Assembly: GCA_046757165.1 (NCBI GenBank)
Contig: JBHHXT010000115.1
Location: 1-14,242 of the forward strand
DNA: 14,242 nt
Reading direction: 5' to 3'
Source of the DNA: a bacterium
GTDB taxonomy: Bacteria > Zhuqueibacterota > Zhuqueibacteria > Oceanimicrobiales > Oceanimicrobiaceae
Part shown: positions 7,510 to 14,242 of the stretch, piece by piece
How the letters are laid out: the number at the start of each line of letters is the position of its first letter
How positions within the stretch are numbered: position 1 is the stretch's first letter
The notes under the pieces: generated by a model
What the model saw: only the letters and a program-made list of their open reading frames with translations
What the model was told of the DNA's origin: nothing
The model's database searches: none
Made by a program: the position numbers and the translations under genes

Positions 7510-8733
7510 CTAAGAACTTTGCACGCCAAACGCTTCCATGCGTTCAAACAGTCCGTTGACCGGCTCCCGGTAGACATTGCCCACGAGAATGTTGATGATG
7601 TCCTTGCGGCAATGCGGGTATTGCTTCAAAAATCGGGCAAAGCTGAATTCGCGTGTATAAAAGGCATAGACCAGCTTACGAATGGCTTCTGCACCGGCCA
7701 GGTATTCCTGCGCAAATGCGCCGAGCCGGGCAGCGGAAAAGTCGTCGTTTTCAAAAGCATCGTTTATCGCATCCGCAGCCATTTCGCCGGATTTCAACGC
7801 CAGGAAAATGCCGGACGAGTAAATCGGGTCGAGAAAGCCGAAGGCGTCGCCGACCAGGACCCAGCCGGGGCCGGCGATGCGGTCGGCGGTGTACGAGAAT
7901 TCCTTTGTGGTCTTGAGCGGGAAAAGCTGCCGGGCGCCGGCGAGCCGGGGGCTGAGCGCCGGACACTTGGCAAGCTCTTCGTCAAAAATGGCCCGGGCCC
8001 CTTGCTTGCGGCGCCTGAGCAGATAGTCGATGTGGCCAACCACACCGATGCTCACCACATTGCGGTGCAAGGGAATGTACCAGAACCAGGAGCTGCCGTC
8101 CTGCGTGTGGAAGATGATGGTTGCCCCGCCGTCGATGCCCTCGTCTCTGGCCGCTCCTTCGAAATGGGAATAGATGGCCGCGTTTTGCAGCCGGGGCTCC
8201 TCGGTGCTGATTCTCAGCTTGCGGGACAACAGCGCACGCTGACCCGAGGCATCAACTACAACTTGCGCGTAAAACGCCTGAATCGATTTGTCCTGCAGCC
8301 GGGCGCGGACCCCAACGGCCCGTTCCCCCTCGAAAAGCACATCCACCACCTGCACGCCGTGGCGAACGTCCGCGCCTTTTTGGCGCGCGTTTTCGAGCAT
8401 GAGCTGGTCAAACTCGCTGCGCAGAACTTGCCAGGTTTGTGCCCGTTCACCCGGTTCGTTTTCGCTAAAATAGAACGGCGCGCCAGCCCTGCCGGATCTG
8501 CCATAGAATTGCACGCTGCGCTTTTTGACAAACGCGCTCTTTTTCATCTGGTCGAAAAGGCCCAGCCGCTGCAATGTCCAGTAGGTGCCGGGCATGAGGG
8601 ATTCGCCGATTCTGAATCGTGGGAACTGGTCCCGTTCAAGAACCAGAACCTTGCGGCCCGTTTCAGCAACGAGCGCCGCCGTGGTGGCTCCGGCCGGGCC
8701 TCCGCCAATGATGATCACATCAACTTTGTTCAT
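7510..8733 (-). CDS. FAD-dependent oxidoreductase, flavin-dependent halogenase type (PltA/CndH-like, short form)
   Basis: GxGxxG (IIGGGPAG), 'LERDQFPRFRIGESL', Lys71 in 'AFVKKRSVQF' at the catalytic-Lys position, 'RSEFDQLML', 'VVDASG', WxWxIP (WFWYIP, 8071-8088) and 'GDAFGFLDPIYSSG'. Confidence 0.85.
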   Translation of the reverse strand: MNKVDVIIIGGGPAGATTAALVAETGRKVLVLERDQFPRFRIGESLMPGTYWTLQRLGLFDQMKKSAFVKKRSVQFYGRSGRAGAPFYFSENEPGERAQTWQVLRSEFDQLMLENARQKGADVRHGVQVVDVLFEGERAVGVRARLQDKSIQAFYAQVVVDASGQRALLSRKLRISTEEPRLQNAAIYSHFEGAARDEGIDGGATIIFHTQDGSSWFWYIPLHRNVVSIGVVGHIDYLLRRRKQGARAIFDEELAKCPALSPRLAGARQLFPLKTTKEFSYTADRIAGPGWVLVGDAFGFLDPIYSSGIFLALKSGEMAADAINDAFENDDFSAARLGAFAQEYLAGAEAIRKLVYAFYTREFSFARFLKQYPHCRKDIINILVGNVYREPVNGLFERMEAFGVQSS

Positions 8734-8756
8734 ATCGTGTTTTTCCCATCTCCCGC

Positions 8757-10955
8757 TTACAACGAAAAATTCACGGCGCCATAGACGGCGCGCGGGTTGC
8801 CGGGCGTGACCGAAGCCGACCCAAATCCACCGCGCCGCAAGTAATCCTTGTCCGTAATGTTCTTGATGTTCAGGCTCCAGCGGATATTCCCGAACGTGTA
8901 GTACAGCGAACCATCAAACGTCAAATAGTCGTCGATCTCGAACGCATTATCTTCATCGATGAATTGCTCGCTGACATAGCGGAAACCGGCGCCGATGCCG
9001 ATGGTTTTGTTGAAATCTTTGGTCGTCCAGAAATTGATGATGTGCTCCGGTGCAAACCCGGGCGTGTTGCCGGAGAAATCCATGATTTGGCGTGTGCGGG
9101 GATTGACCTCTCTGAATTCCGTCAGCTCCGCATCTGTGAACGCGTAGTTCAGAAAGGCATTCCAGCCCTGGAGCGGCTGAACCGCGATTTCAAATTCCAG
9201 CCCGCGCGAGCGCTGGTCGCCGGTTTGCTGGGTGACGCCGGTCTCGTCAGCAATCCCGATGTTCTCTCTTTCGAGATGATAAACCGAGACCGTCGAGGTT
9301 AGCCTGCCACCCAGCGCGTGCAGCTTGGCCCCCAGCTCGAACTGAGTGCTCTCCTCGGGCCTGGGGTCGCCCACAACCAGCGTCGAGGGTGCGCTGAATG
9401 ATTGTCCGGCGTTGGCATAGAACGAAAGCGCGGCAACGGGCTTGACGACCAGGCCAACCATCGGGCTGAATTTCTCATAATTGCGCGTGTTGTCTGAAGC
9501 AACAGGCTGAAACGTCTGGAAATTGAGGTCAGCACGTTGGTCCTCGTAATCGATGATGTCAAGCCGTCCACCGAAAAAGAGCTGCACCTGGTCAGAAAAG
9601 GATGCCTGGTTGATGAAGTAGGGCGCAAAGATCAAGCTTCTGGCATCGCCAGCCGCGAACGGTAAGAACGTGAGCTGATTTCGGCCCTGGGTGAACTCGA
9701 CCGGATGGTTCAGATCGATGGCGAGCGCCAGATTCAGACCTGCCGGATCGGTCTCACTCGGCGGAATGAACGGCGCCAGGTCGAGCTTGAAATCATCGGT
9801 CAAGCGCGCCGTCTCCAGTCCCGTCACGAGATGGTGTCTTACCGACCCGGTGCTGAAGGAAAAGATCGCCTCGAGCTGGTTGCCGAAGAATTTCTGCGAA
9901 TCATCCAACGAATTCAAGGTTCGGATGACATTGAATTCCCCCGGCCTGCTCGGGTCCGGAAACGCGCCGTTCATCAGGGCCCCGGTCGAAACCCAGTCCA
10001 GTTGTGTAAAATAAACCTTGTCTTTCAGAGTCACGGACTGGCTGAGCTGGCGCCGGTAGTCGAGACGAAGCCGGAACAGATCCTGCTCCGAATCATCGAG
10101 CGGCGTCTGGAAGGAGCGCTTGCGCGGCACCCGGGGTAACGTGGGCGTCAAATTGAAGCTCGCGTCGGGCACGAACTGCAAAGGCAGGCCAGCATCCGGC
10201 TCGGCGTTGCTTCTGACATATTCAAAGTTGGCAGTCACCGAGCTGCGCTCATCAATCTTCCAGGTCACGGCTGGATTGACGGCAACCGTGCTCTGCTCTT
10301 TGTCGTCCCGGTAGTTTTCCGAATCCTGCCAAAAGCCGTTTACCCGGAACGCCAAATTGGAGGCCGGGGTCTGGAAGCCGAGGTCAAAGGTGCCGCGATA
10401 GGTCTGAAACTCCCCAACCGACCCTGAAAACCTGGCGAAATTGCCAAACACCGGCTGCTTGCGAACCAGGTTGGCCGCACCGGAAAGCGGGTTGCTGCCG
10501 TAAAGAAAAGCGGCGGGTCCCTTCAGGACTTCGACGCGCTCGATGTTGTAAAGGTTGTAAAAGCTCACCTCTGGTTCCGGCGCGCCGTCGGTCAACACCA
10601 GACCGCCGGAAAGCGATTCAAACCCTCGAATCAGAAAGAAGTCATGCGTCCCGCTGCCGTGCTGCACGTTGACGCCGCTGATGTTCTTGAGCGCGTCGCT
10701 GAGAATCATGCCATTCTGACTCTCGAAAATGGCACGGGTCACGACCCCGACGCTGGCAGGAGTCGAATGCAAAGGCAGCACCATTTTGGTCGCGACGGCA
10801 TTGAGCGTCGGGATGCGCAGGGTTCTCAGTCCCTCGACCCTCACGGTGTCCGCGAAGTAGAACGCGTCAGTATCTTCATCGTCCTGTGCGATGCTTACGA
10901 CAGGAACGAAAACAGCCGTGATCAATGCCAAGCCAAGGCTCTTTCGCAAAAACAT
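8757..10955 (-). CDS. TonB-dependent outer-membrane receptor (siderophore-receptor-like)
   Basis: AAGGAG RBS and ATG 10955; signal peptide MFLRKSLGLALITAVFVPVVSIA; TonB-box-like DTVRVEG; plug motifs 'ATKMVLPLHSTPASVGVVT', 'FLIRGF' and 'NIERVEVLKGPAAFLYG'; barrel motifs 'PEESTQFELGAK', 'QRSRGLEFE', 'LNIKNITDKDY' and 'GNPRAVYGAVNFSL'. Confidence 0.95.
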   Translation of the reverse strand: MFLRKSLGLALITAVFVPVVSIAQDDEDTDAFYFADTVRVEGLRTLRIPTLNAVATKMVLPLHSTPASVGVVTRAIFESQNGMILSDALKNISGVNVQHGSGTHDFFLIRGFESLSGGLVLTDGAPEPEVSFYNLYNIERVEVLKGPAAFLYGSNPLSGAANLVRKQPVFGNFARFSGSVGEFQTYRGTFDLGFQTPASNLAFRVNGFWQDSENYRDDKEQSTVAVNPAVTWKIDERSSVTANFEYVRSNAEPDAGLPLQFVPDASFNLTPTLPRVPRKRSFQTPLDDSEQDLFRLRLDYRRQLSQSVTLKDKVYFTQLDWVSTGALMNGAFPDPSRPGEFNVIRTLNSLDDSQKFFGNQLEAIFSFSTGSVRHHLVTGLETARLTDDFKLDLAPFIPPSETDPAGLNLALAIDLNHPVEFTQGRNQLTFLPFAAGDARSLIFAPYFINQASFSDQVQLFFGGRLDIIDYEDQRADLNFQTFQPVASDNTRNYEKFSPMVGLVVKPVAALSFYANAGQSFSAPSTLVVGDPRPEESTQFELGAKLHALGGRLTSTVSVYHLERENIGIADETGVTQQTGDQRSRGLEFEIAVQPLQGWNAFLNYAFTDAELTEFREVNPRTRQIMDFSGNTPGFAPEHIINFWTTKDFNKTIGIGAGFRYVSEQFIDEDNAFEIDDYLTFDGSLYYTFGNIRWSLNIKNITDKDYLRRGGFGSASVTPGNPRAVYGAVNFSL

Positions 10956-11041
10956 GGATAATTGCTCCTTAATTCTAACGTCAGAACTGCACATGCCTGT
11001 GATCAACTTTCATCCGTAAAATGGTGTGACTACAACAATCA

Positions 11042-11067
11042 GGCCCAACACAGTCTCCGACTGTGTT
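11042..11067 (+). repeat. GATCC-family REP-like palindrome (single copy)
   Basis: ggccc-AACACAGTC-tcc-GACTGTGTT-tt: a perfect 9-bp stem with a 3-nt loop, same family as 4456-4481 and 7343-7417. Confidence 0.72.
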
Positions 11068-11095
11068 TTGGCGTCCTGGTCTCAAATAAAACTGT

Positions 11096-11157
11096 GTAAC
11101 ACGACATTCCTGTCGTGACTCTTTGAGTCTGGTATCGCGACATAAATGTCGCGTTAC
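11096..11157. repeat. REPIN-like inverted doublet of GTAA-tagged REP palindromes
   Basis: gtaa-CACGACA-ttcc-TGTCGTG (11096-11117) and, inverted, CGCGACA-taaa-TGTCGCG-ttac (11136-11157). A small gactc-ttt-gagtc hairpin lies in the spacer. Confidence 0.78.
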
Positions 11158-11169
11158 GTCTTCACGTAA

Positions 11170-12498
11170 CTACCCGGCAAAATTCAAACACAGGATCTCT
11201 CGCTGATTGCGGAGGTAAAGCCTGCCGTTCACAAGGGTCGGGACGGTCCAGCAGCGGCCTTTCAGCACTTGCGCGCTGGCGCGCTCGATGTACTCCTCTG
11301 GCCGGGCCTCGACCAACACCAGCTTGCCGCGCTCGCTCAGCACGATGAGATGGCCGTCGGCGTAGAGGAGCGAGCCTTTGCCGAAGCCGCGCTTTGCCCA
11401 CTTCTTCTCCTGCGTCAAGGCATCGATGCAGCGCAGGGTGCCCTCGTCAAATCCGTACAGATGGCCATCGACGAACAGGGAAGTGGAGAAGTGGTTGCGC
11501 ATGATGCGACTCTTCCAGACTTCCTCGACCGCCACCTTGCCGTCTTGGGTTTTCATCCGCAGCACCGCGCCGCCGACGTTGTAGCCGGAAGAAACGAACA
11601 CTTTGTCCGGCGCAATGAAGATAGGGGTGGCCGCATTGACATCGTAGCTGGTCACCCACGCATAACGCCAGTAGAGCGCGCCGTTGTCCGGATTGACCGA
11701 AATCAGAGAATTGCCCGTAAAACAAAGTATCTGCTCGATGCCGCCAACCGTCACCGCGATGGGGGCGGAATAGCCCGGGATTTCAGTGCGGGTCTTCCAG
11801 ACCAGCTTACCGTTCTTCTTGTTGAACGCGACAACGCCGTAGTCCTGCCGGCCTCCGACATCTACCAACAGTAGATCGCCGTAGACCAGCGGTGAGGTTG
11901 CCACGCCCCAGGTCGGGATTCTGCCGCCGTACTCCTTGCGCAGGTCGTGCTTCCAGACGACAGCCCCGGTGCCGGCGTCGAGCGCGACCAGCTTGCCTTT
12001 GGCACCCAGGCCATAAACGAGGCCGCCATCGATCGAAGGGGTCGAGCGCGGACCGTGGCCGAACTGGTTGGTGAACTTCGAATCGAGCCGGTAGCGCCAT
12101 TGCTCTTTGCCCTGTTTGGCATCCAGACAGACGATAAACTCATCTGCCTCGATGCCGTACATGGTGTAAAGTCTCCCGTCGACCACTGAAATACCAGAAT
12201 AACCATCGCCTGAGCGAGCACGCCAGAGGATCTCCAGACCTGTCTCCGGCCAGCTCGTCAAGATGCCTGTCTGCGACGAAATGCCGTCGCGGTTCGGACC
12301 GCGCCACTGCGGCCAATCGCTAGCGGTTGCCGGGTTAACGCGGGTCAGCACGGCGGCACGGTTCACGACCACTCGTGGCTTCCCGCTCACCTCCGTTTCA
12401 GAACGTGAGCGCTTGAACCCAACTCCTGAAACCGCCATCATGAGCGCCACAGCGCCGAGGCCTGCGGCAGCAAAAATGAGAATATTCGTCCTTTTCAT
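11170..12498 (-). CDS. Exported PQQ-binding-like (BamB-like) beta-propeller repeat protein
   Basis: N-terminal signal/anchor MKRTNILIFAAAGLGAVALMMAVSG, then 'DWPQWRGPNRDG'. Repeated blade motifs CLDAKQGKEQW, ALDAGTGAVVW, AFNKKNGKLVW, SVNPDNGALYW and CIDALTQEKKW; C-terminal 'WTVPTLVNGRLYLRN'. AAGGA RBS. Confidence 0.9.
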   Translation of the reverse strand: MKRTNILIFAAAGLGAVALMMAVSGVGFKRSRSETEVSGKPRVVVNRAAVLTRVNPATASDWPQWRGPNRDGISSQTGILTSWPETGLEILWRARSGDGYSGISVVDGRLYTMYGIEADEFIVCLDAKQGKEQWRYRLDSKFTNQFGHGPRSTPSIDGGLVYGLGAKGKLVALDAGTGAVVWKHDLRKEYGGRIPTWGVATSPLVYGDLLLVDVGGRQDYGVVAFNKKNGKLVWKTRTEIPGYSAPIAVTVGGIEQILCFTGNSLISVNPDNGALYWRYAWVTSYDVNAATPIFIAPDKVFVSSGYNVGGAVLRMKTQDGKVAVEEVWKSRIMRNHFSTSLFVDGHLYGFDEGTLRCIDALTQEKKWAKRGFGKGSLLYADGHLIVLSERGKLVLVEARPEEYIERASAQVLKGRCWTVPTLVNGRLYLRNQREILCLNFAG

Positions 12499-12537
12499 CA
12501 GGATTTCCTTTCATTGTGCAGATCAGGGAGACCCAAC

Positions 12538-14242
12538 CTACTTTCCCTCGTTTTTCATGGGGAAAAACGTTTCGAAAATTTTATCTGTGCGGTTGCGCCA
12601 GCTCGCCCAGCCGAACCCCTCATTCACTTCGCCGCCAGCGCAGGCGTAGCCCTGCTGTTCGAGAAATTTCGTGAAGCTGGCATTGGCGGCACCGATGTCC
12701 CACCCTTCCAGCGGACTTCGGATATCGTACCTGCCCCAATCCATGTAAAACTGGAGCGGCTGTTCGCTCGCGGTCGCCGCGATGGCTTTCAACTCATTCT
12801 CCTGTGCCGTCAAAAGGCCAACCGACTGCCCCGAAACTTTGCTGAACACACCGGGGTGTTTCCAGGTGGAATAGAACGCAGCAAACGCGGGGAACCCCTG
12901 TCCGATGTTGGCGCGCGCCTCCGCCGACGCAAGGGTTCGATAAGTTCTGTCGATGAGCGGAACCAGCTCCTCAACGAGCGCCCGGGAGTATTGATCCTTC
13001 AAGTTACCGCTGTACTCCCGGTTTCTCGTTTTTGGGTGCTGCGAAATAAACACGACAATGATGGGCGACACCGTTGTACCAACGATGTTGTCCAGTGTGT
13101 TGACCATCTGGCCGGCGTTTTGCGCCTGGCCACCCGCATGGACGTAGGCCACCGGATATCTCTGCTCGCTGTCATCATAGCCTGCGGGCAGGTAGACATC
13201 GAGCTTGCGGCTGTTCTCAAGAATCGCGCTCTCAAACTGCAGCGAGTCGAGTCTGCCTCGCGCCGCCCCTTCAGCCAGTTCTTGAAGATGTGCCGGTTCG
13301 TTCCACTTGGGCATGCCGAACCAGGACATCTCGCCAAAGACACCCTGCGTTTTGCGGGAATTCAGGGAATCGATGACATTGTTCTCGAAATCGACTGTAA
13401 ATCGGTAGTTCACGCGTGTATCAGGCTCCAGACGTGTAGAATAGGTGTAAAGGTCCGTGCCGGCAATCCGGTTCATGGACATTTCTTGACCAAAGCCGAT
13501 CATATCCCCGATAATGACCACATCCTTCGCTTTGCCCCGAAAGATGAAGTGCACCAGGTTGTCCCCCTCCGTGATCGGGAATTCATCCTGTGCGGCAATG
13601 TATTCATCGATGACTGACGCCTTGTCATCTGCGGCGTTGACCCTGGCCAGAAACTGTGCAAATTCAGAGCCTGCAATCGCATCATGTTCAGCGGCCGCCA
13701 CGACCTGGTCCACTTTAGCCACCTCAATGCTGGCAATCTCGCCGTGGCTGCGCGCGAAGATTTTGCCGTTGGCGAAGCTGGCCGGGGTCCACGCCAGGTC
13801 GTCAAACAGAGCCAGACTGGCCATCTCTTGATAGCCTTCAGGCGAGGCTTTCGCGACGTGCAACGAACCTTTCTTGGTTAGAATAACAAGGTGCCCGTCG
13901 ACAAGAATGGTAAACCCATCGCCTGGTTTGCGTGATTTCCAAACGCTTTCGCCGGTCTCTGCGTTCACGCAGGTGAGAAAGCGCGAACTGTAACCGTATA
14001 AGTAACCGTTGGTGTAGACGGGTGTATTATAGGTACCGCGAATATTCCGGTTCTTCCACAGCTCCTCGGCCACGTACCCTTCGCCGGTTTTCTTGATTTC
14101 CACCACGACAGATTCAGCCCATTTGTATTGCAAGAAAAGCCGGTTGTGGCCCACGGTCACGGGGTTGATGCTGCCATGGCCACCTGCGTGCCGGTACTCC
14201 CACAACAGTTTGCCGGTTTGCGGCTCGAGGCCGTAAATGTAC
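12538..14242 (-). CDS. 5'-partial fusion protein: PQQ-like beta-propeller + E-set/CBM48-like domain + Fes/enterochelin-esterase-like alpha/beta-hydrolase domain (catalytic residues degenerate)
   Basis: The frame stays open to the window edge (YIYGLEPQTGKLLWEY). Propeller motifs CVNAETGESVW and WTPASFANGKIFAR; E-set 'VHFIFRGKAKDVVIIGDM...YRFTVD...DSLN'; esterase 'RKLDVYLPAGYDDSEQRYPVAY', 'ELVPLIDRTYR', 'KHPGVFSKVSGQS' and 'WASWR'. Confidence 0.88.
   Translation of the reverse strand, partial: YIYGLEPQTGKLLWEYRHAGGHGSINPVTVGHNRLFLQYKWAESVVVEIKKTGEGYVAEELWKNRNIRGTYNTPVYTNGYLYGYSSRFLTCVNAETGESVWKSRKPGDGFTILVDGHLVILTKKGSLHVAKASPEGYQEMASLALFDDLAWTPASFANGKIFARSHGEIASIEVAKVDQVVAAAEHDAIAGSEFAQFLARVNAADDKASVIDEYIAAQDEFPITEGDNLVHFIFRGKAKDVVIIGDMIGFGQEMSMNRIAGTDLYTYSTRLEPDTRVNYRFTVDFENNVIDSLNSRKTQGVFGEMSWFGMPKWNEPAHLQELAEGAARGRLDSLQFESAILENSRKLDVYLPAGYDDSEQRYPVAYVHAGGQAQNAGQMVNTLDNIVGTTVSPIIVVFISQHPKTRNREYSGNLKDQYSRALVEELVPLIDRTYRTLASAEARANIGQGFPAFAAFYSTWKHPGVFSKVSGQSVGLLTAQENELKAIAATASEQPLQFYMDWGRYDIRSPLEGWDIGAANASFTKFLEQQGYACAGGEVNEGFGWASWRNRTDKIFETFFPMKNEGK

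Noticed and set aside
7519..8784. 421-aa plus-strand ORF antisense to the halogenase
   Set aside because: Shadow ORF of a GC-rich gene. No recognisable motifs, whereas the minus-strand frame has the full halogenase signature.
10956..11006. N-terminal extension of the TBDR, and a possible Fur box at gataattgctccttaattc
   Set aside because: ATG 10955 has an AAGGAG RBS and gives a clean signal peptide. The Fur match is only about 8/19 and overlaps the RBS.
12514..13617. 367-aa plus-strand ORF antisense to the propeller-esterase gene
   Set aside because: No domain motifs; explained by codon bias on the opposite strand.
172..14242. Assigning gene symbols such as iroN/iroB/fes/entH, lolD/lolE, bamB or pltA
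   Set aside because: Only family-level similarity is visible. The GT family, permease size, missing lipobox and dead esterase triad argue against orthology.

Overview
The window holds a co-directional minus-strand gene cluster from a moderately GC-rich Gram-negative bacterium, truncated at both edges. In transcription order (right to left) it encodes: a PQQ-like beta-propeller fused to an E-set/CBM48-like and Fes-type alpha/beta-hydrolase domain (5'-partial); a second exported PQQ-like beta-propeller; a TonB-dependent receptor; a short flavin-dependent halogenase-type enzyme; a GT4 glycosyltransferase with an N-terminal CxxC; a 5-TM EamA/DMT-like membrane protein; a 4HBT/YbgC hotdog thioesterase; a LolD-like ABC ATPase; and a very large (~1138 aa) tandem MacB/FtsX-type permease. 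An AT-rich stub at the left edge may be the start of another gene. Main findings: (i) the cluster looks like an uncharacterised envelope-spanning modify-and-transport system with no core synthase in view; (ii) the esterase domain lacks both its catalytic Ser and His, so it is probably a pseudo-enzyme or binding module; (iii) the intergenic spacers are packed with several families of REP/REPIN-like palindromes with compensatory base changes, plus a family of short tandem-unit repeats, one copy of which lies within the 3' end of the GT4 gene. Product calls come from motif recognition only; no searches were run.
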